This document shows positions 50,233 through 63,000 of a DNA stretch of 64,000 nt, piece after piece (position 1 is the first letter of the stretch; each line of letters opens with the position of its first letter). Origin of the DNA: the human T2T-CHM13v2.0 reference genome, Homo sapiens; the NCBI GenBank assembly GCA_009914755.4, contig CP086569.2, positions 15,616,001-15,680,000 of the forward strand, given 5' to 3'. The notes beneath the pieces are model-generated. The model made no database searches. It was given only the letters and a program-made list of their open reading frames with translations, and had not been told where the DNA came from. Both the position numbers and the translations under genes were made by a program.

Positions 50233-52493
50233 AAAAGATATTAACATTTTTCTCTGAAGCACTGAGTCATACTTTTGTTTTTTCACAAGATTTTTTACAC
50301 TTTTCAATTAGTATGTGAGTGTTCCTCAGGAAATGCATGTTTGGCTATTTTGCTGTTTTAGAGTGTTTCATCTTTGAAATGCATGATTAAAAGCCATTTT
50401 AGAAATTAACACGAGTGTGTTTAAATACAAATTATGAAGCCAGTGTTTTGTTTCAAACTTAGGGATATAATCTTTTTTTTCCAAGAAAATGCTCTCATTT
50501 ATATATACATGAGGTTATGTAAGACTTTTAAAGATTGATGATGGATTTAGTGCCAGCTGTTGATTAGTATGTCTGCAATGGATCTACAATATGGCAATAA
50601 CACTAGGTACTATGCAGAGTTACTGTGAATAATAAATAAGACACGATGTATATAATTCACCTAGCAGACTTATTTGTATACTATAATTATTCAATAAATA
50701 ATGGCCCTTGTGGTTATTTATCTATTGATAGATATTTATGTTGATTTATCTACTGATCAGTCCTATAGCAGTAAATTTATCTTTAAAATCTAGACACATT
50801 AGGAAAGAACAATGTTAGATTTTATGTCAAAAATAAAATTTCTTAGTGTACTAAAATAATATATTTTTTCTATTAATGCAAGTTAGGCTTTTATATTGAT
50901 TATTTTGAATATTTTACTATGCTTGGTATGTTTTAAAAATTTAGTAGTTCTTAATGCAATTCTACTTTTAAAAACTTTTTCATTATCTAGTAAGATTTAC
51001 TAGTGATTAATTTTAATTTGGTAGACATGAAAAATACACACCAGTTTTTCACACACAATCATAAATCCTGTACATCATATTGGTGAAGCGGGAACTAAAC
51101 TGCATCAAATTTCCACTAAATAATAGAAGAGCAATCTATGATGTAATTGAAATGTTAATAAATATTGTAGAAATGGGAAATTTTCAGAATGTTCAGATTT
51201 GTCAAGAGAATCTCAAAGCGTGACACTTTTCTGTAATCTGTCATAGATAAATCAGGTCTTTTGTTATGTTGTTTTTCTCTTTTTATTTCCAATTCATCAC
51301 AAAAATATACTTTGGTTTATGAATATGTAAACTATAGAGTAGTAAATTTGACAAAGTCTACGTGTTGAAAACTACATTCGACCACTGAGGGACACTGATG
51401 AAGGCTTAAACAAATGGAGAAAAGACTGTATTCACAAACACGACACCCTCCTAAGAAGATACAATATTGTTAATATATTTATTTTGTACAAATTAATCTA
51501 CAGACTCATTGCAATCCCAAATGAAATAATGGTAGACTTTTAGAAAATACATAAATTAACAAGATGAATTTAAAATTTAAATCAAAATACAAAGGATGTG
51601 CAGTAGCCAAACATCTTTGTAGGAGTAGAACATATTGGGAGGACTCCTGCTACTTGACCTCAAGACTTAGTGTGGAGCTATACTGATTGAAACAGGGTAT
51701 TATTCATATAAAGATAGACAAACAGATCACTATCACAGACTGGAGACTCCACATGGAACTACACATATATGGACAATGAATTTTCCAAAGAAATACAAAG
51801 GCTTATCTTTTCAAATCCAACTGGAAGCAAGCAGCTTTAGTTATATTATAAAATTTCCACTAACTAGAATATTCTTGGGTAAAAATGAAGTGTCACCTAA
51901 ATGGAATTTTCAAACTTGCACCCTATGTCTGAACACGATTCTTTTTCAGTCAGGCATGTAGTTATTGAGGACACATTTCTCAGCTGTGCATACATCCCAT
52001 CCAGTCCCATCCATAGATGTATTGAAAGCATGTGCTTACTGCAAGAGCAATGCACTAGCCTTTTTCCTAGAGTTGGGTCTCCAAAGAAAGGGCCTTTACT
52101 CAGAGTATCTGCCCAGGGTACAAGATTGACTTAAAACCAGTGTTAACAACACACATGGTACTCTGAACCATCTGCTGGAGGACCTCCCTGTGTCTGACAC
52201 AGTCTATCTATTGAATGTCATGGAAAAGATTGATGGTTGAAGCAAATCACTTTATGCAGTTAGAAAAAGACCATGCTGATCTTTCAGTTTTTGAGCCACA
52301 TCTACCTAATCCACAGTCAGATTTGTCAGCCTCAGCACTACTGATATTTGGGACTTCATAATTCTTTGCTTTGTTAGGCTTGTCCTGCGCATTGTAAATG
52401 TTCACAGTCCAGATACCAGTACATAAATAGATACAGTTTTTACCAATTAAAATAAATAATTAAAAAATCATCTTTACAGGTAAAAATAATAAG

Positions 52494-52795
52494 CAGCCAG
52501 ACACAGTGGCTTATGCCTGTAATCCCAACATTTTGGGAAGCCAAGGCTGGAGGATCTTATTAGCCTGGGATTTTGATACCAGCCTGTGTCATATAGTTAG
52601 ATTTGCCTCTAAAAAAACATAAAAAATTAGCTGCTGGGCATGGTGGTACATGCCTATAGTCCCAGCTACACAGGAGACAGAGGTGATAGGATCACTTGAG
52701 CTCAGGAGTTCAAGGCTACAGTGAGCTATTGATGATTCCACCACAGTCCGCTGTAGGTGACAGAGCAAGACCCTGTCTCCAAAAATAAAAAATAA
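52494..52795 (+). mobile_element. Alu SINE (AluJ-like, diverged)
   Basis: cagccagacacagtggcttatgcctgtaatcccaacattttgggaagccaaggctggaggatcttattagcctgggattttgataccagcctgtgtcatatagttagatttgcctctaaaaaaacataaaaaattagctgctgggcatggtggtacatgcctatagtcccagctacacaggagacagaggtgataggatcacttgagctcaggagttcaaggctacagtgagctattgatgattccaccacag...gacagagcaagaccctgtctccaaaaataaaaaataag. Confidence 0.85.
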
Positions 52796-54257
52796 GTAAG
52801 CTAAATACTTTTGAATTGAAAAAAATGTATTCTGTAAGAGATATCTGATAATCACCTACTATGACCATGTTTTCATCCTTCAAGGATTTCAAACTATTAT
52901 AAAAATCTTCTAAACCTCTATCTCTTTAGTTTAAATTACTTACATGAATTTAATGCTCCAGTATGTGACAACAATTATTGATTTTAAAAAATAATAGATC
53001 TGTTTTGATATTCCTTTACCAATATTCCTCATGTTTGTGAGAAAATATGAGGCAGTGCAGTTGACTGCATTTGTATGTATTTAATATCATGAGCAAGTGG
53101 GAAAAATTCAGAAGTGGCACCGAGTTGATCATCTCTGTTATCATCATGAGAAGGATGCACAATGTGAACATTCTGCCATAGGGCTTGTCTCTGTAAAGTG
53201 CAGGTCGAGGGGCATGAAGAGCTTCTACTATTTTTAAAAACATCTTTCTGAACAGATAATGGAGGCTTAACTGTAGTGTAAACACGCTAATGCACAAATC
53301 TTGAAAAATGTAAAATAAACTGTGTTGAGATTAGAGGTGATCTATTCACATTTGAAGGATAGAAAATATGCCTACCAGCCATAAAAGGGGTGCATTTACT
53401 TTTATTTTTGAGAACAGCATGAGAGCAGAAAGACACATTAACAAAAGGGTAAGAGTCTTCAGAGCAGATTACTCCCACTTGAAAAAAATGAGTTAAGTGA
53501 TTTTACAGCAGGAAAGATATTTGCAGCAAGAAGTTTCATTAGTCACCAAATGAGGTTTCTCTGACATATATTTTCACAGAATGTGAAGCATGAGGAACAA
53601 TAAAATTTCTATATTTTTCTTGTGTTTATTCATTTGGCTGGAAGATTCCCTTCCCTAGCCTTCTGGAAGTTTCAGTCTTCTAATCTGATTTAGTGACCTT
53701 TGTTCACTAGGAAGAACATAGTCCATTTACGTTTGCCAAAGAGTATTTACATGTATTTGCAGTTTAAACAGGAAACATTCTAAAAAATAGAGGGTGTGTT
53801 TGTTGAAAACATTATGACTATTAAAGTCAGAGAAGTTACCTAAAACAGAAGATGCTCAGAGTTTGAAACTGGATGGTTATTAATAGATGCTTCTTTGTGT
53901 TGACTGGAGTTTAACTGCCAGTCCTTTCTTAAGCCAAGAGATTTTCCCAAAAGAAACACTTCAGTTGTAGGCCCAGTAAAGAAACTGGAATCTGCTTTAT
54001 GAATTGGCAATAAAAAGAAAAGGTGGGGAGGATAGGTGAAGAAAAGAGAGAGGGAGTCTTCAGATAGGAAACCCCCCTTGCTTCCCTTGGAGTCTCATCT
54101 TAAGATTTAAATTAAATTGAAGACCATATTAAGGAATAGAAAATATCAGGATTTTTCTTTGTGACACATAATCAACTTTATCTCTCAAACAATTTACATG
54201 ATGACTTACAGAACGACTGCATGATGTTGATTCTACAAAAGATGACTGAATTCATTA

Positions 54258-54793
54258 GGACTACTCATTTGTCTTCAGTTATACTTTCTGCAGTTTCAAT
54301 TATCTATGGTCATCCATGGTCAGCAGAAAATTCCAGAAATAAACAGTGCATCAGTTTTACATTGCCCTTGGTTCTGAATAGCATGATGAAATCCCCAGCA
54401 GTCCTGCTCCCTCCCAATCCATCCTGTCCAGCCAGTGAATCCTCCCTTTGTTTGGCATCTCCATGCTGGTAAGGCTGCCTGATCTTTAGTCATTTAGTAG
54501 TCTTCTCAGTGACCAGATCTGTCATGTTACTGCTGTGTTTGTGCTCAAGTAACCCTTATTTCACTTAACAATGGTCCCAAAGTGCAAGAGTAGTGATGCT
54601 GGCATATTTTTACAATTATCCTACTGTATTGTTAGCTATTATTATTAATCTCCTACTGTGCCTAATTGATAAATTAAGCCTTTTCATAGGCATATATGTA
54701 TAAGAAAATGCATAGTACATACAGGGTTCAGTACTATCTGTGTTTTCAGGTATCCACTGTGGGTCTTGGTACATACATAACAGAAGACTACTG
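54258..54793 (+). mobile_element. Internally deleted Tigger-family (MER44/Tigger1-3-like, Tc1/mariner) DNA transposon. Both termini are retained and the transposase ORF is absent.
   Basis: The 5' part reads aggactactcatttgtcttcagttatactttctgcagtttcaattatctatggtcatccatggtcagcagaaaattccagaaataaacagtgcatcagttttacattgcccttggttctgaatagcatgatgaaatcc...gtgctcaagtaacccttatttcacttaacaatggtcccaaagtgcaagagtagtgatgctggca. It matches Tigger CAGTAGTCCCCCCTTATCCGCGGTTT...CAGTTACCCGCGGTCAACCGCGGTCCGAAAATATTAAATGGAAAATTCCAGAAATAAACAATTCATAAGTTTTAAATTGTGCGCCGTTCTGAGTAGCATGATGAAATCTC...GTGTTCAAGTAACCCTTATTTTACTTAATAATGGCCCCAAAGCGCAAGAGTAGTGATGCTGGCAA. The 3' part reads catagtacatacagggttcagtactatctgtgttttcaggtatccactgtgggtcttggtacatacataacagaagactactg and matches ...ATATATAGGGTTCAGTACTATCCGCGGTTTCAGGCATCCACTGGGGGTCTTGGAACGTATCCCCCGCGGATAAGGGGGGACTACTG. 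CpG decay to TpG/CpA is evident throughout. Confidence 0.7.
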
Positions 54794-55140
54794 CTGTCCA
54801 CATTTGTAGCAATGATCACCTTTCTTTCATTGTGCAATGGCATATTTCTCATTTGCCTCTGATGGCTCATATAAATGGAGTTTTCTGTCCATATTTCTAG
54901 TGTCATTCTGTTCAAAGTTGCATAGGTCTTCCTTACGATGATTAAGGTTTTCTCTGCAGCCCTTATCTTTTTCCTGAGCTCTCATTAGAATCACCTTCGA
55001 CGTTCTACTCATGGCTTCATAGGCTCTGTCGACCATACACTTCAAAACTCTTTCAGATTCTACTTATTACCCAATTCCAGAGCTGCTTCTGAATTTGTAG
55101 GTGTCTGTTATCTCAATACCACACTCTCAGGACCAATTTC

Positions 55141-55515
55141 TGTCTTAGGTCATTCAGGCTGCTATGATGAAATAACATAATCTGGGATGGGGTGGGAGGT
55201 GGGTTGTAAAAAACTGACATTTATTTCTCACAGTTCTGGAGGCTAGTAATCCAAGATGAAGGTACTGGAAGTTTCAGTCTCTTGACAGCCCACTTCCTAG
55301 TCCACAGACAGCAACTTCTCCCTGTGTCCCCACATGGGAAAAGGGTGAGGGGCTCTTTGAGATCTCTTCTTTAAGGGCACTAAGCTCATTCATGAGCACT
55401 CCATACTCAGGATCTAATGACCTCTCAAATACACATCCTCCTAATACCATCTCCTGGGAAAGGGAGTTTAGGATTTTAAGGTTGAATTTGAGGAGAATGC
55501 TAACATTTAGTCTAT
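55141..55515 (-). mobile_element. MLT2-type ERVL solo LTR (reverse)
   Basis: tgtcttaggtcattcaggctgctatgatgaaataacataatctgggatggggtgggaggtgggttgtaaaaaactgacatttatttctcacagttctggaggctagtaatccaagatgaaggtactgg...tctcttctttaagggcactaagctcattcatgagcactccatactcaggatctaatgacctctcaaatacacatcctcctaataccatctcctgggaaagggagtttaggattttaaggttgaatttgagg. This is the reverse complement of MLT2: tgtaatggattgaattgtgtcccc...tggtatttggagatggggcctttgggaggtaattaggtttagatgaggtcatgagggtggggccctcatgatgggattagtgcccttataagaagagacacc...cttggacttccagcctccagaactgtgagaaataaatgtttgttgtttaagccacccagtctatggtattttgttatagcagcctgaactaagaca. Confidence 0.75.
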
Positions 55516-58500
55516 AAAAGAAGACAGTACAGGAAAACTACAGAAATCAATAAACTCAGCTATTGTTTTGATTAAAATAGAGCCAAGTGCATTTTTGTTT
55601 TACATGTTTTACTTTATATTTGTTATTATTCTTCTAACAAACAAATACACATAGTGATAGTTAATTCTTCCATGATGTTTTTGAAAATGTGTTGTTCTGC
55701 ATTGGCTATAAGTCTCCTCTCTGACTTTGAAGACCTTGGAAAGCTGCCAAATATCTCAGAACTTGTTATCTTGAGTCTTAAAGTGAATAAAATGACCTCA
55801 GTACTACCTGCCTTATAAAATGCTCTGCCAATTAATGCATACAGTATGCATATACTTTGAACCAAGTATGTTTTGAGACTGCAGGTTTGGATGTTATTGG
55901 AATACACTTGACTCTATATTTCTTTTTATGGAAACAGATATACACACTTAATGTCAAATAGTTTGGATCTTTTTATGAGCTAATATGATTAGCTAATGTG
56001 ATTAGTAGAATAAGCAGTCTCTTTCCATCTTAGTTTGTGTATCTGCCTTCTCCTAGAACTCAACACAAAATGAGCTTCATGATTCACATTTATGCTAACA
56101 TGGAGACAGAACCACCTTGTGCAAAACAGGTAAAAGCAGGTATAAGATGCCATAAAGGGAAATGAGACTGAATGTGTTCAATTTCGCTTTGTTTGGCTTA
56201 TCATGTATCATAGAAATGTGCTCCTACATGCAGTAGAAACAAAAACATCCCTTAACACTCTGTTTGAGCAGTTCAAAATCATATTTTTTATGTTGTGCGA
56301 GTTTCAGGTGATAAATCCTCTTCAAGATACATCAGGGGTTCACAAAAATGTAAAAAATATGTTCAAAGTTTGAACTGACTCATATTTTTAGCATTCATGG
56401 CAAAGAACTGCTTTTCTAGCCTTAATAGGTTTTCAAATGGACTTTGATGTGTTAGTAAATCAGAATTAGCTTTTTCTTTTTAAGCTCCTGTGTCTTATGT
56501 AAATGGCTGTGTTGACTTTTAAGGAATTGAATATTCCAGAAAATGTCATGGAACCTAAAACAACGTAACATTCTGATTTTTAGATCTTAAAGGGATATGG
56601 TGTTAAATATAGCTTTTGATACCCATCCAACCTGTGCAAAGTTTTCTCTGTACATGTGACTTTCAAATTTGAGAATTTAGTATGTCAGTGAAGGGAAATC
56701 TGTATACCTGCTGAAAACAAAATAGAAATAGAAATTCTGAAGGAATTATTGTAATTTACTTAAATAAGAACTGTAAGTAGTCAAAGACTATTAGTGGAAT
56801 GACAATAGATTTCTTTTGAGACCTTCAAAACCTTTTTACTACCAAAACAGCTGTTATATTCTGAAAGGCAGTCTCTCTTTACAAAAAGCATTATCCAGAA
56901 CTTTAACTTATTTTCACAAAGAACATTCTACAAAATTAGTGTACCTTTGTTTAAAAATAAGATTCTCCTACCTGAGGTCTGAAATTTATTATTAATGTGA
57001 ATATTTTAAGCATTTTTAGAAGAAAATAATTTTGTAAAAGATGTAAGTTATGAAAAATACCACAGTGAAGTACAACATTCACAAACTTACTGGAACCTTG
57101 TCCTAAAAATGAACTAATTATTGGATCATATGGCAAACTGGTTAAGAAGGATAAGAAATTACTTTATATCATTAAAAACCATATGACTATCCACCTGCGC
57201 TTCTAAAACTTTTTCCTGTTACGTTCTGCTATTTTACTTAGAATTTTTGTCCATTACACTATTATTTTAGGTTAAGGAACAATGTGTTTAGACAGTTGCT
57301 CATTAAAGTACTAAACAGAAAAGGTAGTAGATTAAGCTTTTCACCCACAATTTATATATTATCTTATAATGTGTGAGAGACAACAGCATAATAAAGATAA
57401 ATTCTTCATCAGTCTTAGTAACAATAGGGCACTTTTTGCTTTTATGCCTCTCATTTTATTTAAATTCCTTTGTGAAATTATGTAAGTTCTTTGAAATATT
57501 GCTTTAAAATATATTTAGTTTTTAACATATTTTAAAAATATGGAAATGTATAACATGTGAAATTTCCCTATCAGCGTTTCCTGTATATTTTCTCCAGCTT
57601 TGTCTTGAATTACAGACAGATATTGTACAACTATACCACCCACCCACACAAATTTATTCATTTACACATATTTCTTTTTAGTGCTGTTTTGCAAAATTGG
57701 GATATTAATTATACTTCTCTGCAACTTGCTTTACTTACTATTTTTATTTTTTTCTATCTTTTTGCAGCTTTGTGATAATCCCAAGCATTAAGACACATTA
57801 TAATGTCAGTGGAATAAATTAGACAATACAGTGCCAATTAACTAAGGTTTCCAGAGGCAACTCTTTTTGTTATTGATACAATGCAAATACAAGTTTTTCA
57901 TGCAGGGCTGCCAGGGCCCTGGAGTAGAAATCTAAATCATAACCAAAACAAACATTATCACCACATAGAAAGTAACAAAAAACATTTCATGTGGGTTTGG
58001 AGTATTTGAATAATATTTTAATAATTAGGTTTTAAAGCAGAAACTGACAGCTTTGTCTACTTCACCCATCCTGTGGTGTCAGATGCAGGTTATGGATCTG
58101 GCTGACAGGGAAATTGAGGTAGGAAAATAAAATAAACAAAATGATATTATGTACCTGTGCTTTGGTTTAAGGATGATAAAATTATTTAACCTTATGTCCA
58201 CATTCCTGGAGTGGTTCCTTACCCCTACCTAAGAAAATCCACCTCTTACTTCTTCAACTGTTCAGATCTCAATCAACACAGCTTTTTGTCATTAGCATGC
58301 TGGAAATGCATTGTTTTCATGAAATGAATTACTAGTTACATCAAAATGAATATTAGCATGAACTCTCATTGGCCCATAATGTTAAAATATTCAAAATATA
58401 TGAATTGGCTAAAATAATTTACAGAAAATCCCTACAGTGGCATTATCAAGGTACAAAAATCCAGAGGTGTCTTTGCCTTTGACCTGGTCCAATGCCCATG

Positions 58501-60044
58501 GCTTGAAGTCTCTTTAGCCCTACATTCAGATGTTGACACAGGAGAATTTCTCATTACCTGATGCTGACTGAAAAAGATAAAAGAACATCACTTATTTTGT
58601 CCTTAGAGGACTGAAAGGCAGAGAAGCTACAAATAGAAGTTGTACCTCAAAATTTTTGAAACAATACATATGAACTGTTTTGCATCTGCTGTGGGGGTCT
58701 GATGAATGACAATGTATGTAACACATTTGGCTCTGAGACACACAGGATGAAATATAGGTGGAGAGAAGGAATTAATAACCATCACTCATCTCCTTTTTCT
58801 GAGGTTACTTTTACCTACCAAAATGAACCTAAAAATTTTACCTGAACAAATTGGCTCAGATAGATTGCAACATTGACTTTATTGTTTGTCCTAGGGCTGC
58901 CCCTGGGCTGAACCTAATGAAACTCAGGCGGGTTATATGAAAACTGCAATAGCCTGTATCTCTACACTTTCTGCAACCTGGTTTCTGCACAGAGAAATGC
59001 TGCATGTGTTTGCTGTAGGCAAATCTTAAATAAACCATGACCCCACAAGAAGAAGAGAATGATGTGCAGAAATACTTTAGGGAAGGGATAAGATGGCAAT
59101 TTTGAATGGGAGCCCACAGGGTACAAGTACTCATATTCCATTACCAACTTCAGAAGCTTAATTACTTTGGAAAACCATTTTTCACCTTATTTTAGTAATA
59201 TGTCAAGCATTTCAGGTGGTCTGCAAAAGCCGTATAGCCCATGGTCTTAGCCTACCTCGTCAAACATCAGGCAGAAACACTTTCTAAACCCATTAAAAAG
59301 AGTCAAGCAGGAAATTGTGAGTATATAGTATTAAGGAGATGGACTTGCTATTCTTAAATTTATAGAAAAAAAAATTCTGTATTTTCTTCGTCAATCTCCA
59401 CTTAATGACAGATTTGTTTTTTATAAAAAGATGCATGACAGATAATACTTATTTAAACTTACAGCGGTAAACACGATGAAATATTCTTGTTTTTATCCAG
59501 ACATCTGTAAGAATTTCAGAATTATTACCCTTGACAAATTCATGTATGACTTTTTTTGTGGAAATCTTCAACTTTTGTTCTCACTGCTCCCTGTCTTCCC
59601 CCACCAACAAACCCTGAATACGTGGGAATTTCTCACAAGCTATTATTTAACTGCATTCCACATGTCCATCAGATGTCCTACACAAGATGGGTTAAATCAA
59701 AGCTTTTTCTTTGTGGGAGAAGATAACAACTGTTTTATATTAAATGCATAAAAATTTTTCTCAATACTACAGGGTGATAAAGACAAGAAAAGGCCACTTT
59801 AAAAGGGAGCCATTTGAAAAAATAAAATAAGGCAGAAATGCTTCACTTTCCTACCCAATATGGAAATAATTTTGCAAAAACTAAACTCTAATGATGGAAT
59901 TAAATTTATTTTATATTGAGTAAAAGTTACGTTATGCATGAAGCAACATAAAAATTTTTGGACAACAAAGAGTGATTCAGGACAACATAGTCACTACTGC
60001 TCTTGGTGTGGTTTTTAGGGGGTTGCATAATTGGTGAGTTCCTT

Positions 60045-63000
60045 ACCATCACCTCACCTGGGAAGAGAAAGGGGTCAGGGAACTCCATCCCCTACCCAAG
60101 GGAAGCCCTGAGGAGTGTGCTGTGAGGAACACTGCACTCCAGCCCAGATACTAAGCTTTTCCTATGGTCTTTGCAAGCCCCATACCTTAGGAGATTCCCT
60201 AAGTTCCCACCAGGGCCCTAGGTTTCAAGCAAAAAACTGGGCAGCCATTTGGGCAGACACCAAGCTAGCAGCAGGATTTTTTTTTTCATACCCAGGTGGC
60301 ACCTAGGACCCCATTGAGACAGAACCATTTACTCTCCTGGAAAGAGGGCTGAAGCCAGGGAGCCAAGTAGTGTAGCTCAGCAGATCACACCCACACAGAG
60401 CCCAGCAAGCTAAGATCCACTGACTTGAAATTCTCACTACCAGCACAGAAGCCTGAAGCCAACCTGGGATGCTGTGGCTTGGTGTGGGGAGGGGCGCCTG
60501 CCATTACTGAGGCTTGAGTAGGCGGTTTTCCCCTCACAGTGTAAACAAAGCCTCTGGACAGTTAGAACTCATCGGAGTCCACCCACAGCTGGGCAAAACC
60601 ACTGTAGCCAGACTGCCTCTCTATATTCCTCCTCTCTGGGCAGGGCAACTGTGAAAAGAAGGCAGCAACCCCAGTCAGGGGACTATAGATAAAACTGCCA
60701 TCTCCCTGGGATAGAGCACCTAGGGAAAGGGACAGCAGTGGGCACAGCTTTAGCAGACTTGAACATTCCTGCCTGCTGGCTCTGAAGAGAGCAGTGGATC
60801 TGCCAGCACAGCGTTCAAGCTCTGCTAAGCAACAGACTACCTCCTCAAGTGGGTCCCTGACCCCCAGGCCTCTTGACTGGGAGACACCTCCAAGTACAGT
60901 TTGACAAACACCTCACACAGGAGAGATCTAACTGGCATCTGGTGGTTGCCCCTCTGTGACAAAGCTCCCAGAGGAAGGAAGAGGCAACAATCTTTGCTGT
61001 GCTGCAGCCTCCACCAGTGATACCCACGCAAACAGGGACTGGAGTGGACCTCCAGCACGCCCCAGCAGACCTGCAACAGAGGGACATGACTGGTAGAAGA
61101 AAACCTAACAAACAGAAAGGAATACCATCACCACCAACAAAAAGGACACCCACACAAAAACCTCATCCAAAAGTCACCAACATCAAAAACCAAAGGTAGA
61201 TAAATTCCTGAATTTGAGGAAAAACCAGCGCAAAAAGCCTGAAAATTCCAAAACCAGAATGCCTCTTCTTCTCCAAAGGATCACAACTTCTCACCAGCAA
61301 GAGAACAAAACTGGATGGAGAATGAGTTTGATGAACTGACCAAAGTAGGCTTCAGGAGCTAGGTAATAATAAACTCTTCTGAGCTAAAGGAGCATGTTCT
61401 AATCCAATGCAAAGAAGCTGAGGACATTGAAAAAAGGTTAGAGGAATTGCTAACTAGAATAACCAGTATAGAGAAGACCATAAAAGACCTGATGGAGCTG
61501 AAAAACACAGCATGAGAACTTCGTGAAGCATACACAAGTGTCAATAGCCAAATTGATCATACAAAGGAAAGGATATCAGAGATTGAAGATCAACTTAATG
61601 AAATAAAGCATAAAGACAAGATTAGAGGAAAAAAGAAGGAAAATGAATGAGCAAATCCCCCAAGAAACATAAGACCATGTGAGAAGGCCAAACCTACATT
61701 TGCTTGGTGTACCTGAAAGTGACAGCGAGAATGGAACCAAGTGGGAAACACTCTTCAGGGTATTATCTAGGAGAACTTCAGCAACCTAGCAAGACAGGCC
61801 AACATTCAAATTCAGGAAATATAGAGATCAAAGATACTCCTTGAAAAAAGGAACTCCAAGACATATAATCATCAGATTCACCAAGGTTGAAATGAAGGAA
61901 GTAATGTTAAGGGCAGCCAGAGAGAAAGTCTGGGTTACTCAAAAAGGGAAGCCCATCAGACAAACAGTGGATCTCTATGCAGAAACCCTACAAGCCAGAA
62001 CTGGCTTGTAGGGTTTATTCAACATTCTTAAAGAAAAGAATTTTCAACCCAGAATTTCTTATCCAACCAAAGTAATCTACATAAGTGAATGAGAAATAAA
62101 ATTCCTTACAGACAAGCAAATGCTGAGCGATTTTGTCACCACCAGGTCTGCCTTACAAGAGCACCTGAAGGAAGCACTAAATAAGGAGAGGAAAAACCAG
62201 TACTAGCCACTGCAGAAACATACCAAAATATAAAGTCCTGAGACACTGTGAAGAAACAGCATGAACTAGCAAAATAAGCAGCTAGCATCATAAGGACAGG
62301 ATCAGATTCACAGATAACTATATTAACCTTAAATGTAAACAGGCTAAATGCCCCAACTAAGATACACAGACTGGCAAATTGGATAAAAAATCAAGACCTA
62401 TCCGGTGTGCTATATTCAGGAGACCCATCTCATGAGCAAAGATAACATATAGGCTCACAATAAAGGGATGGAGGAAACCAATGAGAATGCTGACACAATG
62501 TACCAGAATCTCTGATCTCTGGGACACAACTAAAGCATTGTATAGAGGGAAATTTATACCACTAAATACCCGCAGTAGAAAGTGGGAAAGGTCTAAAGTC
62601 AACAACCTAACATCACAATTGAAAGAACTAAAGAAACAAGAGCAAGCAAATTCAAAAGCTAGCAGAAGACAAGAAATAGCTAAGATCACGGCAGAACTAA
62701 AGGAGATAGAGACATGAAAAACCCTTCAAAATATCAATGAATCCAGGAGCTGATATTTGACAAGATTATCAAAATAGATAGACTGCTAGCTAGACTAATG
62801 AAGAAGAAAATAGAGAAGAATTAAATAGACACAGTAAAAGTAATAAAAGGGACATCACCACTGATCCCAAAGAAATACCAACTACCATCTGAGAATACTA
62901 TAAACAGCTCTACACAAATGAACTAAAACATCTACAAGAAATTGATAAATTCCTGGACACACACATCCTCCTGAGACTAAACCAGGAAGAAGTTGAATCC

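Noticed and set aside
61195-62205. Possible intact L1 ORF1
   Set aside because: The ATG is replaced (aaaaccagcgcaaaaagcctg in place of atggggaaaaaacag). Several in-frame stops (tag, tga) are present, so the ORF is non-functional.
62357-62689. 110-aa ORF antisense to L1 ORF2
   Set aside because: It is an antisense frame inside a dead L1. The known L1 antisense ORF0 is in the 5' UTR and is far shorter, so this is a chance ORF.
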